Source of the DNA: Hemiscyllium ocellatum
Lineage: Eukaryota
NCBI RefSeq assembly: GCF_020745735.1
Contig: NC_083402.1
Location: 128,794,213 to 128,858,212 of the forward strand
Length of the DNA stretch: 64,000 nt
Direction of reading: 5' to 3'
Below are positions 1 to 12,583 of the stretch, piece after piece; positions within the stretch are counted from its first letter, which is position 1; the number at the start of each line of letters is the position of its first letter. A model generated the notes under the pieces. That model did not search any database. It was not told where the DNA came from and worked only from the letters and a program-made list of their open reading frames with translations. The position numbers and the translations under genes are program-made.

Positions 1-285
1 AATAGGAATTGGTCACTCAGTTTCTCAGACCTTTTCCATCTTTCAGTTAAATCATAATTATTCTGGACCTCAACTTTAAGAGCCTAGTTTATGCAACTTC
101 TTTACATATCTTGATAGAAAATTCTGTTTAACATTTTGATTTTGTACAGGAGAAAATATTTCTTGTTTTAATTGATTTTCTGCCTCAAAACACAGCAGAG
201 ATTTAAAATTGGAAATTCATATAAGTTGATATCTAAGGTTTCTACTCAGTTTGTAATTTTGGCTTCCTGATCTCCCTATCCATGC

Positions 286-498
286 TGTAGTGATGGAGCC
301 AGGTGGACCTCATAGAATATGAGTTCTCTGATAGGGCTGTTAATCTGATTCAATCAGTGAGCCCTGGCTGATAGATACAAATAAAAGCGTTCACTCTGAG
401 AGCTGGCCCTGAGGGAGCTGTAACAGTGTCAAGGATTCTTCATGTGTAAATAAAGGGTGACTTGGTGATTGGATACTGACCTCTGTGGAGTTATTTCA
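286..498 (+). mobile_element. solo LTR (probably Gypsy-type)
   Basis: TG...CA termini, AATAAA near the 3' end, flanked by catgc/catgg (5-bp TSD, 1 mismatch). A related copy lies inverted at 5047-5278. Confidence 0.7.
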
Positions 499-525
499 CA
501 TGGGATTCTACAATGACCAGTAATG

Positions 526-876
526 TAGAATTCATAGAATCCCTACAGTGTGGAAACAGGCCTTCAGCCCAACAAGTCCACACTGACCTTCTGAAGAGTA
601 ACCCACCCAGATCCATTCCCTTAGTACTCTACATTTACCCCAGGCCAATGCACCTAACCTACACTTCCCTGAACACTCTGGGTAATTTAGCATGACCAAT
701 TTGTCTAAACTGCACATCTTTGGACTGTGGGAGGAAACCGGAACACCCGGAGAAAACCCACATAAACACAGGGAGATTGTGGAAACTCCACACAGACAGT
801 CACCCAAAGCAGGAATTGAACCCAAGTCCCTGGTGCTGTGAGGCACCAGTGCTAACTACTGAGTCACCAAACTGCC
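526..876 (-). mobile_element. HE1-type tRNA-derived shark SINE, near full length
   Basis: tRNA-like head with A and B boxes (tggtgactcagtagttagcactg...ggttcaattcc), V-SINE-like core (gtgtggagtttccaca...ggtttcctcccacagtccaaagatgtgcag) and CR1-like tail. It matches 7 other copies in the window. Confidence 0.9.
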
Positions 877-929
877 CCCGACTATCTCAACTTTATTGGA
901 ATTGCAGATTGATAAAACCAGAAATAGGT

Positions 930-1112
930 TTAGCTCGGTTGGCTGAATTGCTGATTTTCAGAGCAGTGTGATACCAACAGCATAGGTTTCATTCCCATCA
1001 GTGGCTTGAGGTTATCATGAAGGGCTCCCCTTTTCAGCATCTCTTCCCTCACCTGAGGTCTGCTGGTCCTCAGGTTAAATCATCACCAGTCACCTCTCTC
1101 TAATGACAGAGC
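930..1112 (+). mobile_element. older tRNA-derived SINE (non-HE1 family)
   Basis: A-box-like ttagctcggttgg and B-box-like ggtttcattccc. A degenerate relative sits at about 1515-1640. Confidence 0.5.
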
Positions 1113-1694
1113 ATAAATCCAATTTGAAAGTTTATAAATCTGGCATTTTAAAGAATGAAACAATAGTTCAGTGACTAACTGAGCCATGTGTAGAAAAAAA
1201 TCAATACAGAGTTTTATAAATTGGGTGAATTTCCTTGACAAGATTTCAATTGAGCAATTAAAACATAAATACCAACAATACATGTTGTGAGATTTTAAGT
1301 GTTGTCATTGAATTGATTAATGTCTATTAATACCTATCAGAATTGTACACAAACAACTAGAGAGCATGATGGATCTGTCAAATATAACTCAATAGAAAAT
1401 TAAAACTTTTTAATGAAGAAGAGAGAAAATTGCAAAAAAGAAAAAGTAAAATCAACATTTTAAATATCATCTGAGGGCTTAAAATCATCCTGTGTATATT
1501 TTGTGGATCTGTTTGCTTAGATGACTGGTTTCAGAATAGTATGATCAGCACACAACTGATGCCCATTCCAGCTGAAGTTGACATGGAATGTGCCTCCTTG
1601 ACCTGTCCCTCACAGTGGAAGTCAATGGTAAACCATAACTTGTAAGGGCATTGTGAAATACAGTATGGCAATGAGCCACATATGGTGATATTAA

Positions 1695-2060
1695 ATGAGG
1701 TGACCAAAGGTTTACTTAAAGAATTAACTTTTAAAGAGTGTCACAAAAGAGGCAGAGAGCTGTAGAGAAAATATTCAAGAACTTAGATCACAGACAACTG
1801 AAGGTGGAATTGTCATATATGAAGTGACTAAAATCAAGGATGTGAGAAAGATCAGAATTAATTGAATGAAGACATCTTGAACAGTAGTGAAGGATTGGAG
1901 GAGATCACGAAGATAAGAAGAGACAAGACCTTCAAGGGATTTGAAAGCAAGAATGAGAATATTGAAACCAAAAAGTTGCTTGTTTGGGAATGAAAGTATG
2001 TCAACAAGGTTGATAGATGAACAGTACTTGGGTGCAAGAAGACCATGGCAGGAAAGATTT
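1695..2060 (-). mobile_element. L2 LINE 3' ORF2 fragment, decayed
   Basis: Minus-strand translation FNILILAFKSLEGLVSSYLRDLLQ resembles the L2 C-terminal motif FKILxLxFKxLxGLAPxYLxxLL. Confidence 0.7.
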
Positions 2061-2387
2061 GAATTATGTGAGTTGGGTAAGTTAGGAAGGACAAACACAG
2101 GTGTAAATTTAGTCACTGTAGAGCTGGAAACATTTAAGTTTTGGACCTGCTTCATTAAGAAGGATCGTTTCACCTTTTGGAACAAGTTGCTGCCAAGTGC
2201 AATGAATAACAGGACAGTTGTGTCACAGACACTGCAACTTCTTGCAACTTGTTTGATTTCCTTTGTAGACTTCTATATTCGGTCTATTTTTTTTTCCCTA
2301 AGTTTTGTTGCTCCTTCCCAGAGTTGGTGTGACTGCAATATAGAACAGTATAATGAGGGAGAGTGACGCGAAGTGGTAGCATTGAAG

Positions 2388-3121
2388 GTAAAAACAAGGA
2401 CTGCAGATGTTGGAAACCAGAATCTAGATTAGAGTGGTGCTGGAAAAACACAGCAGGTCAGGCAGCATCCGAGGAGCAGGAAAATCGACGTTTCGGGCAA
2501 AAGCCCTTCATCAGGAGTAGAGGCAGGGTGCCTGCAGATTGGAGAGATAAATGAGAGGGGGGTGGGGTGGGGAGAAAGTAGCATAGAGTACAATAGGTAA
2601 ATGGGTGTGGGGATGGAGATGATAGGTCAGAGAGGAGGGTGGAGTGGATAGGTAGAAAGGAAGCCCTGGTCATGGCAGATAGAGGTGTGGAGGGATTGGA
2701 TATCCATGGTGAAGATGAGGCATTGGGGGCCAGGAAAACGGAAGTCTTAGAGGAGGTGAAGGGCATGGGTGGTGTCTCGAACATATGTGGAGAGTTCCTG
2801 AACTAGGGGGGATAGGACAATGTCGAGGTAGGTAGAGGTGAGTTCAGTGGGGCAGGAGTAGGCTGAGACAATGGGTCAGCTGGGGTGGTCAGGCTTGTGG
2901 ATCTTGGGAAGGAGGTAGAATCGGGCAGTGCAGGATTCCCGGACAATTGTACTCTATGCTACTTTCTCCCCACCCCCACCCCCTCTCATTTATCTCTCCC
3001 CTCTGCAGGCACTCTGCCTCTATTCCTGATGAAAGGCTTTTGCCTGAAACGCCTATTTTCCTGCTCCTCGGATGCTGCCTGACCTGCTCTGCTTTTCTAG
3101 CGCCACTCTAATCTAGACTCT
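2388..3121 (-). mobile_element. Penelope-like element, internally deleted, with an inverted second pLTR (fold-back)
   Basis: 3' end with a hammerhead core at 2487-2514. An RT fragment at ~2660-2945 is similar to the 31528-33010 ORF. About 2418-2594 is repeated inverted at 2948-3121. TSD gtggtagcattgaag (2373-2387) / gtgatagcattgaag (3122-3136). Confidence 0.9.
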
Positions 3122-4759
3122 GTGATAGCATTGAAGTCACACCATGATAGTCTGACGGCAAGGTTGCAAAATGCACTTGAGGAGATCATTCAGCTCTGTT
3201 TTAATTCCAGCACCCTGAAAGAGCTATCCAATTAGTCCTGTTCTCATTCTCCTTCCCTACTGCTCTCTGCAGAAACTTTTGCTTTCAAGTATTTATCCAT
3301 TTCCTTTTTGAAAATTACAATTGCACCTGCTTCAACAACCGCTTGAGAAATTGCATCCAAAATCATAACAACTCCTTACATGGACAAAAGATTTCCTCAG
3401 CTTCCAACTTTTACATTTGCCATTCATTTTAAACAAAAGACTGGCTGGTGTTTTCTTGTCATTTGTTCCCATATATTTCACTCTACTTTAATAGAGTTTG
3501 ATATTTAACACTCCAAGGAGCTTCTATTAAGAGACAAATGTAATCTACAAAGAGTTTCTAAATCCAGAGAAATGCAAAGGGTTCAAACTTCAATAACAAC
3601 TGGTGTGGGACTGATAACGCTGTTGGCAAAGGAGGACAAATGCAGTCAATAATCTTTAAACAGATCGATGCTTTGCTTCATAGCAAACAAAATATATCAT
3701 TGTGAATGGGCATCATATGTAAAATAATTCAGTTTGACTGGGAAATTGCTTATGGTCTTCTCTGGAGTTCTAACATGAGGTCCTACCATTCGCTAAAATG
3801 TTCAAAGTTTGTACTGAGTGCAGAAACAATTTTTCATTGCGATTCTGAAACAACAAATAAGACAGGAGAGAACATTAGGAAATTAAAGAGAAATTTGAAG
3901 TTCATGTTTTGTTGCTAGATGTATCAACAAACATCAAAGACATAATAATTACAGTATTCAAAGCAATAAAAGGAATTAATGCTCCTTTTTGGAACATTCA
4001 ATTTTCAAGTTCTTGTAAAATACAGATTTACTTTATATCTTTTGATTTATAATGACCGAGATCTTTTAGTGGGCAGACTGCCAACCTTCATCATCATACC
4101 ACTCTCAAACTCAATATTTATCCCTCAAATCAACATCATAAAAACAGATTTTCACATTATTGTGTGTAATAATTTGCTATGCATATATATTGACTGTTGC
4201 TCGTCTTTCATTGCTCTAATGACTATATTGCTGTCATGTGGCATCCTGATGGTTGATGTGGTATGCAGTTTTCTGATTGCCCAAGAATTTGAACAACTTC
4301 GAAAATTCCATGATGAATTCATTGCTTTGCTCCTTGATGTCAACTTAACCAATATTTCAAACTTCAAATGCCCTTCTCCTCAATAATGAGTGTTCTGGAT
4401 TCTGGTTGATACCTGGAACATTAGGGACTTTTCTGTCATTTAATTTTCAACTTGATCACTCTTGGATCTTGAAGGTGAATTGATGATAGCTGTAGTATTA
4501 TTTGATTCAACCATTCTTCCATAATGGAAAATAATGCTAATCCCATAACAAGATGAAAATTAATAAGGCATTCATTGATATTTATATTAGCAATCCTATA
4601 TTTGTTTTTTCATTTCTTGATGTCTCCAAGGAAGGTGATTTCTCTTATATTTGGTTATTTATTTTGTGGGCAATCTTATTAAAGGATTTTTGTGCATAAA
4701 ACCATTTTAGAATAATACACTGATTTAAAATCACTGATGTTCTTACAGGTATCCTTATA

Positions 4760-5460
4760 ATTCTGACTGGGCACTCTTCACACTTCTGTATCTTTTTCCA
4801 GCCACAGCCAGTATATAAAAAGTCTGGTATCTGGTACTTTTTCCTCAATTTCCCGGCTTCTTTCTGGCTGCACTATTGGCTTTGCACCAAATGAATTGAA
4901 TGCCTCAAACAGATTTTTCCAACAGGATTTTTTTCTGCCTCTTAATAAAACCTGCCATTGTTTTTGTACCTTGCCCTGGTTCTAGCCAGTTACACCACCT
5001 TGGTCAATGTTAAGTCTTCTAACTGTAGGAGATCTCAAAGGATTTCTAAATTAACTCCAGAAAGACTGGTATCCCATAACCAAGTCACCCTTTGTCTTGT
5101 GCTTAGTAAATGACACTGTCCCAGCTAGCTCAGAGCTAGCTCCGAGAGTGATCAGAACCCTGACACTCCTATTTATAGCTGTCAGCCAAGACTCCTTGAT
5201 TGGAATGGGTTAACAGCCCCAATGAGGGAACTCATATTCTTTGAGATCCACCTGGTTGACCTCATTCCAATCACTACAGTTTCCTCTAAAAGGCTGACTA
5301 TAATTCTGTCTCAGTTCAAGTTGTCTTTAACATTCTGTAATCACAATTGTCTACTAGACATTAAGGGTTATTGTAAAATGCCTTTTCTAGGGTTTTATTT
5401 TTATCTCTTAAATATTGCTCACTCCGTGGGAAAGTTACAATGAACACTAAAATCTGACTC
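4760..5460 (-). mobile_element. decayed LTR-retrotransposon gag fragment interrupted by a solo LTR
   Basis: Minus-strand remnants resemble gag (DLLQLEDLTLTKVV..LAR) and a degenerate Zn-knuckle (GCGW...CP). Confidence 0.4.
5047..5278 (-). mobile_element. solo LTR, same family as 286-498
   Basis: Reverse-complement similarity to 286-498, plus strand ends in tcactaca, and TSD atttc/gtttc. Confidence 0.7.
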
Positions 5461-5654
5461 AAAGGTTTTGGGGTTTCAATTTCAGAAGTGATTGTCTTTT
5501 TGCTTGCACTCCTTGTCTAATTAAAGTGTGTCACCTGCAATGCTTGCCATTGCATGTAGTAAGAAATGGACCTGAATTTTGTAGATTGTTTTGACAATGC
5601 AGTGCTATTTTGATTGAATCTTTTCATTTAACTTTGCATTATTCTTTCAGTAGG

Positions 5655-5790
5655 AGGCTATATCAATGATGATGGCCTGATCACAAAAACAGTGCAGACT
5701 TGGGAAGAAGGCATTCAAACTGAGCTGTGCTACTTCTTCCCGGGTATCTGCATTGTTTTTGTGATCATGCCATCATCATTGATATGGCCT
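5655..5790 (+). repeat. long inverted repeat / hairpin (~57-bp arms, ~22-nt loop)
   Basis: aggctatatcaatgatgatggcctgatcacaaaaacagtgcaga pairs with tctgcattgtttttgtgatcatgccatcatcattgatatggcct, and cttgggaagaag pairs with cttcttcccggg. Confidence 0.9.
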
Positions 5791-6619
5791 TTTTTTGGAC
5801 ATGATCAGTAGTTAACCATTTAGGTGAAGGATTAAACTTGAAAACATAATTATCTCTGAAGAGGTTGGAGATGTTCAGTGGTCATGTAAAATGTCTTTCT
5901 TTCTGAACTGACATAACTTGACCATATAATGTAAGTTCAGATTCGGGTGGCAATTCTGAAGTTACACTCTAGAACTCAGGGTTCCACCAGAGGCTGCACT
6001 ACGGATTCTCCTAAAACCAGCAAACATTGAAATCAGTGAACCCTTCTACTTTTCTGCTCTCATATCTTTATGAGAAATCTCCTACGAAGTTAAACTTGTT
6101 CAATCAGTTAATACTACTGTAAGTCATAAGCATTGCTGAATTAAAAAAACCTTGAAAATTAATTTCATACTCGTGGAGTGTTTTAAAATTTCACCATGAT
6201 GAAAAATCAACAGACCGTTAAACATTGTTTTTAATAATATCTTTGAAGTCAATGGCAAGAATCCGAGTTCACCTCGTGCCCACAAACTCCATGCCAATAT
6301 GCATTTCCTGCAGCTATTTTGATTTCATTCAAAGTTATCAAGCTCAGAGCCTATCATATTGTAGACTCCTAGTCTGAGAATGAACATTCTTGCTATTGAG
6401 GGAGTCCAGTGAAGTTTCACTCGACTGATCCCTGGGATGGCAGCACTGACATATGAAGAAGGATTGAATCAACTGGGCTCGTACTTGTTGGAATTTAGAA
6501 GATATGGAACATTGAAACATATAAAATCCTAATGAGATTGGACAGGTTAGATGGAGGAATAATGTGCCCAATGTTCCTGCAGTTCTCTAAAGCCCTGGTA
6601 AGAATATGCTTGGAATATT

Positions 6620-6732
6620 GTTCAAAGTTTGGGAGAAGATTTGTAGCTCGAGTGCTTGTTGTTGTGGTTCTGTTCGCCGAGCTGGGAATTTGTGTTGCAG
6701 ACGTTTCGTCCCCTGTCTATGTGACATCCTCA
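6620..6732 (-). mobile_element. short Penelope-like 3' end (family D) with hammerhead core
   Basis: Minus strand reads ctgagga-tgtcacatagacaggggac-gaaac-gtc. TSD ggaatatt at 6612-6619 / 6733-6740. Confidence 0.7.
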
Positions 6733-6988
6733 GGAATATTTTCTTCAGTTCTAGTCACCTCATTATAGGAAGGAAGTGGAAGCTTTAGAGAGGCTGCAGA
6801 GGAGATTTACCAGGATTCTGCCTGGACTGGAGGGCATGTATTATAAAGAAAGGTAGAGGGACCTAGGGTTTTTCTTATTGGAGCGAAGAAGGATGAGAGA
6901 TGACTTAAGAGAATTGTACAAGTTGATGAGAGGCATAGAAAGAATGAATAACCAAAGACTTTTTCCCAGGGCAAAAATGACTATCATG

Positions 6989-7283
6989 ATTAGCACTGCT
7001 GCCTCACAGCGCCAGGGAATCGGGTTCAATTCCAGCCTTGGGCGACTGTGTGTGGAGTTTGCACATTCTCCCTGTGTCTGCGTGGGTTTCCTCTGGGTGC
7101 TCCAGCTTCCTCCCACAATCCAAAGATGTGCAGGTCAGGTGAATTGGCCATGCTAAATTGCCCGTAGTGTCAGGGGTGAATATAGGGTAGAGGAATGGGT
7201 CTGGGTGGGTTACCCTTCAGAGGGTCAGTGTGGATTTGTTGGGCCAAAGGGCCTATTTCCATACTGTAGGGAATCTAATCTAA
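6989..7283 (+). mobile_element. HE1 SINE nested in CR1
   Basis: ttagcactgctgcctcacagcgccaggg...ggttcaattcc head, HE1 core and (aatct)n tail. It interrupts the CR1 coding sequence. Confidence 0.92.
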
Positions 7284-7809
7284 TGTATGAGGGGCATAAT
7301 TTTAAGGTGAATGGAGGAAGGTTTAGGAAAGATGTCAGAGGTAGGTTCTTTACTCAGAGAGTGTTGGGTACTTGGAATGCACTGCCAGCAGTGGTAGTAG
7401 AGTCAGATACATTAGGGACATTGAAGTGGCTCTTGAATAGGCACATGAAAGTTAGTACAATGAAGGGTATGTGGGTTAATTTGATCTTAGAGTAGGATAA
7501 AAAGTTGGCAGTGTATTGAGGGCTGAAGGACCTGTACTGTTCTATGTTCGATGTTCTATGATGTTGAGGATGTCCAGACTTGGGGATCACATTTAAGAAT
7601 AAAGAGTAAACCATTCAGGACTGAGATGAGGAGGAATTTCTTCATTCAGGGATTTGGGAACCTGTGAACTTCTCTACCACAGAAAGATGCTGGGGCCAGT
7701 TCTTTCGATATATTCAAGAGAGAGCTCAGCGTGGCCCTTGTAGCTAAATGGATCAAGGGTTTATGAGGATAGAGCAAGAATGGGATACTGAGATTGCATA
7801 ATTAGCCAT

Positions 7810-7967
7810 ACATTGGTTGCAGATTGCGTGCTTTTTGAACACTAGCTACCTGATGAAGGAGCAGTGATCTGAAAGCTGATGCTTCGAAATAAACCTGTTG
7901 AATTTTAATTTGGTGCTATGTGATTTTTAACTTTGTCCATCCCAATCCAACACCAGCACCTCTACAT
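7810..7967 (+). mobile_element. short Penelope-like 3' end (family B) with degenerate hammerhead core
   Basis: ctgatgaaggagcagtgatctgaaagct core, similar to the 36458 and 52187 elements. TSD cataattagccat / catgatcagccat. Confidence 0.75.
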
Positions 7968-10390
7968 CATGATCAGCCATGATCGTATTGAATGGTGATG
8001 AAGGCTCAAAGGGCTGAATGGCCTACACCTGCATCAATGTGCCATATTTCTATATTTCTATGACATCAATATGATGCTAGAGTACAATATAATAGCCATC
8101 TTTTGGCATTCAGCAATGCAGCAAATGTAAAATAATATCTTTTTTTCTCTCGTGAATTTATGGAAGGTCAGATGGCAGCAGTGTCTTGTATGGTTCAAAC
8201 AATCCAAGTGCACCACTTTTGCTTCTATGTCTTATTTTTCATGTCACATTCTCACAATGCTTCTGCTGATTTCAAATCTATTCAATGGCTGGAAGCAGTT
8301 CAACCCTTTGAAAGTACCTGGTCCCAATTCAATAACTGCATCCTAAAGCACTGTCATCTGTCACTAGCTCTCACTGTTGTGTAAATTGTCAGCCTGAGAG
8401 AAAATCAGCCATTGGAATGGCCTAACATTTCATCTGCCGAGGGAAGAAAACTGAAAAAGAGAGAGGAAAATCTACTTAGAGGCAGAACTTCCTTTACAGG
8501 TCAGGTTACAGGGTTAAAAAAAAATGGATTTTCTTGAAATGGATGAAAAATTAGCTATGGGGATTTTAGCTTGTTGATACTTGCTGTGGAGATGGTGGAC
8601 TGTATTTTGTCAAAAATCAGTTGTGTCCTGTTTCAAATGTTTGATGGAGGATCTCTCTCTCTGCGAATAATATGAAGTTATCTCATGCAGTTCTACCCTG
8701 CTGACCTCATTATGTAATGCCTCATGCCTCAATTACACCATTCTCACACTACCTTGCACTCATCAGCAACAGACATTCTCATCACTGTTGGAACCTCTCA
8801 GGATTTCGGCCCCCGGTGCTATCTTCAAAATCCAGCTGTACTCTGCCCAGTTTCAATTCTGTCAGCAAAAAATTGCCTTTTGCAGTATGTGTAGTGAGAG
8901 CGAAACTAAAAGAATAAACATCTGTCGGCTCAGGTGATTTTTCATCGGAAATAAAATATCAGATTCATAAATGTATTGTTACTTTACACCAACATCTCTC
9001 ATTGTAACTGTAGCTACAAAACTAAAACTGTACTGGGTTATTTGTCTTTAGTACCATGCTATGTGAGAAATTTACCTAAGGAAGTGCTGCTTCTTCTCTA
9101 ATACCCAACACGGCATATTGCCTTATCATTGTTCAAGATTGACCATGGCACAATCCCCTGGACTGAGATTTAACAATGTCCTTGACTGTGATAGGACCTC
9201 TGACTGACGACAGTCCCTCTTGACTTGACTGAGGATTACTCTCCTCAAATTTAGAGACTTGGATAGTAGGTTGGCGCACATTTGGTGTGTTTGCCATAAA
9301 AGCTGCTGACATATGCTGCAAGTGTGACGTTGATGTGGCACACTGCCATACATGTCAACCCCTTGACTGAACATTGTTGCAAAACATGACAAACTGCATG
9401 ACTGCACTAAAAGGGAAGGCAAGACAGAAATGCTTGAGAGGTTCAACGTCTGAATGAGGCAACAAAGCACAAAATAAAACCAAGACAAGATAAGGTAGAG
9501 ATGTTGTGAGTATCCATCTGTGTGTGCACTGCTAAAGCCAGTGAAGAACCCAGAGCTGTACCCTACTGCGATCATGAAATAGGTCCCTGTCCTTGTGCAC
9601 ATGGCACCCTGGTATAGCATTGCAATGGAAGGCATCTGTCCACTCCAAAGTGGATAACTGTATTCTAATTGAGTTAAAGATGTGCCATGATGATGTGCTG
9701 AGTCTGCTGCAGACCTGGTTCCATCCACCATTGATGAGAGTGGAAGTTATCACTGCCAATGGAGTGTAGCCTGAGATATTGAGAAAAACTGGCCAAGATG
9801 GCAGACCAGAAAATTAAACAGGGAGCTGGAGCGGATAGGGCCCTGTCAGATTTTCATGTCAGCTTTTGTCACCCTCTAGTTTCTCCACACTGTTTGGGAA
9901 AATAGTACAGTGCATTTAAAAAAGGCAAGAATAGGTAATAATGAAATTTTAATGCATGTAGCAAGCCTTTCATCACTCACTATTGAGATGCTAAATCTTG
10001 CAGAAAACCTTACTTTTTTCTCACTGCCATGAATCTCACTTTTTCAATCTACCAATGTTTTCCCAACTGACTCACCATTTCCCACATCATGCAGGGATAT
10101 GGGAAAATTTAACTCAGCAGTTCTTTTGAATCTTTTTTAATGGTCAAATTATTTGAACAAGAAGGACTTCAACAAGGTGAATAAGCACAGCAGTAGAGAT
10201 TGGAGTTTAACAATTTCTCACATCTATTCAAAGCAAAAAAGATGGTGGTTGTAAAACAGTTTATTTTGGGCTGGCTTGCATGATAGATCTGTAACAAATG
10301 TTACATACATCTTCCAGCCTCCTTACTGCAATCAGATTTTAAAGCCTCCTTACTCTCATTGACAGCACCAATATCAGAATTTCATCAGAT

Positions 10391-10503
10391 TCACTGGACC
10401 CGAAACATTAACTCTGCTTTCTCTCCACGGATGCTGCTAGGCTGCTGAGTTTCTCCAGCTATCTTTGTTTTTGTTTCAGGTTTACAGCATCTGCAGTTAT
10501 TTG
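10391..10503 (+). mobile_element. short Penelope-like 3' end (family C)
   Basis: tcactggacccgaaacattaactctgctttctctccac...gagtttctccagc, shared with copies at 26273, 26946, 51507, 55960 and 61782. Confidence 0.7.
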
Positions 10504-10975
10504 TTCTACACTCTGCATGCCACTCTGTGAGTGTAGGAACCTCTAAGACCTTGTCTTGGGTTTTATCATTTGAAAATTAACAATGCCAATATATAATTTG
10601 CTGCAAACATCTTTGTGAGTTTACAAGATGGATCAGATGTTTTGGCAACTAGTATTGTGCAGAAGAAATTCAGATGGTGTTTCAGCCTCCACACTCAGTA
10701 TAAGCTTGGAAACTGACCTACGTATATCAAAACATAGGCAGAGGATGCAAACAATTATAAAATGTAAAATGCAACTACTCACAATGTTCATATACTTAAA
10801 ATAAAGTCACTCTAAACATGACAAGGAAAATTCAAATAGCCTGTGCTCAATTTCAATTGAGTGGAATAGAGGAGAGCTGAAAGAGTTCTCATAAGCTCAC
10901 AATGATTGTGATGGCTTTTCTAGTAGATTTGCCATTCATTTAAATTCTGTTCCGTGTCTGTAAGGACAGATGATA

Positions 10976-11290
10976 ATGTGGCAGTAATGTCTAATAATCC
11001 AAAGACCTGAGCTAATATTATGGAGACACAGGTTCAAACTCCTGTATAGCAACTGCGAGAATTTGAATTCAATCAATAAGTCTCGACATAAATCTAGTCT
11101 CAGTGAATTAGCCATTGATTGTCTAAGGGCCAGCAATGTCCCTTGGGGAAAGAAATCTCCCATTTTTACCTAGTATTCATGTGACTCCAAACCAACATCA
11201 ATGTGATTGACTTTTAACGGTTCTTTATTTCAAGAACAATTAGGGATGAGGGATGCTTTCTGGTCTTGCCAGTGAAAGCTACAATCCCAC
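10976..11290 (+). mobile_element. decayed shark SINE (tRNA-like head, LINE-like tail)
   Basis: B-box-like ggttcaaactcc and a caattagggatg...tcttgccagtg tail. The family was recognised from pattern memory only. Confidence 0.5.
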
Positions 11291-12409
11291 TTTCTTGGGC
11301 TGAGAAAATAGAAACTTTAAAGCTTGTAAATTTTACAGGCTGAAAAATTGTTTTCCTTGCTCATTCTACCTCAAGTAAATCACTGTAAATTGTTTTTAAA
11401 CAAACCAGCTGGTAGTGCATTGGGTCATCTTGGAATAAATTATCAGATTTGGAACTTCTTGGGTTTACATAAAGGACAGGTTGACCTAGCAGATGAGTAG
11501 AGACAGAGGAAACATTTTTTTTTAAACAGGAAATTTATGCAACCACAAATACCCCACTTTATATTTTCGTCTATTTTATTTAATATTTGCTTGCATTTAT
11601 TGTGCAGTCTGTGGTTGAAGCTATGCATGTGCAAATGTCAGAGCTTATTCTTTCAAAGGAAATAAAACCTATAATTTCCTTAAATACGTGATTCTTGTTC
11701 CAAATGCAACCCCCTCACTCAAGATGTATAGACGTTTTGTGTGGGAATTCAGACGATATATGGCAGCAGAAGTAAACAAATAATAGGAAATATAATTTAT
11801 GTCTGTAATCACTGAAAACTTTCTCTGCTTGCAAAACAGAGAACAATGAATGCTTTGCTTGAATTACAACAGACAAACACATAAATCTGTATTAGGACTC
11901 AACTTACAAGCAGCAGATATTATAAAGGGAAACCTTTAGAATTATCCCTCTACTTGTAATGTGCAGAAAGCATAAGTGAAAATGTGCACTGTGAACACAA
12001 CAGGGAAAGCATTGTCATGACTAAAGCTAATCTAGCACCTATTCTTATTAAAAATCTGCATTGCACTGAAGGCAGCTTTACCCATCACAACGTTCACAGT
12101 AAATTTACAGCAAGAACAATTAATCTCCAAATTTAACTTTGTGGGTCAAATCAGCAATAGATCCATAAAGCTCTGATAACATATGTCCCTCATGTTATTA
12201 ACTCCCAAGCCTCAATTAGATTTTAGAATACTGACTCCAACCTGAATTTATGGAAGTCAATGTGATGTAATGGGATTCCTGATTATGATGGTTGTCAATG
12301 GTAACTGGGAACCAGCACTAAGTCAATGGTCAGGGGTACAATGGTAACCACCTCCTGGAAAGAAGTGGGGGTTCGTGTGATTATGAAAAGTACACCCTTA
12401 CTCCTTAGC

Positions 12410-12583
12410 TTAGTGGAAGGAGGTTCAATTGAGGCATTCAAAAGGACATCAGATTATTATTAAAATATAAACACATTGCAGGAAACAGGGAGAAGATTGA
12501 CACGAAGCTAAAATGCTTTCAGAGCCAGAACAGGCATATGGTCTGAATGGCTTCATTCTGCACCATAACAATTCTGTGATTCT
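12410..12583 (+). mobile_element. ancient CR1-type LINE 3' end
   Basis: gtggaagg..ttcaattgaggcattcaaaagg...gaatggcttcattctgcaccataacaattctgtgattct tail. Confidence 0.6.

Larger units (their letters stand above)
6576..7560 (+). mobile_element. CR1 LINE 3' fragment nested in an older CR1
   Basis: Translates to KALVR.CLEYC and GHNFKVNGGRFRKDVRGRFFTQRV. It has a (ttctatg)n tail and TSD atgtt at 6571-6575 / 7561-7565. Confidence 0.85.
6347..8062 (+). mobile_element. old CR1 LINE 3' fragment (6347-6575 + 7561-8062) hosting nested insertions
   Basis: The CR1 RT C-terminal sequence resumes at 7561 after the atgtt duplication and ends in a (tttctat)n tail. Confidence 0.8.

Noticed and set aside
3979-4386. 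135-aa hydrophobic ORF
   Set aside because: It is AT-rich with no recognisable domain or exon structure, so it is probably chance or decayed repeat.
5666-5723. C/D-box snoRNA (ATGATGA ... CTGA)
   Set aside because: It is too short, and the C-box-like motif is buried in the long hairpin stem.
8750-8910. Possible minus-strand exon ending ...MSVADECK
   Set aside because: The donor is weak, there are stops in all frames from the candidate acceptors, and I recognise no homologue.
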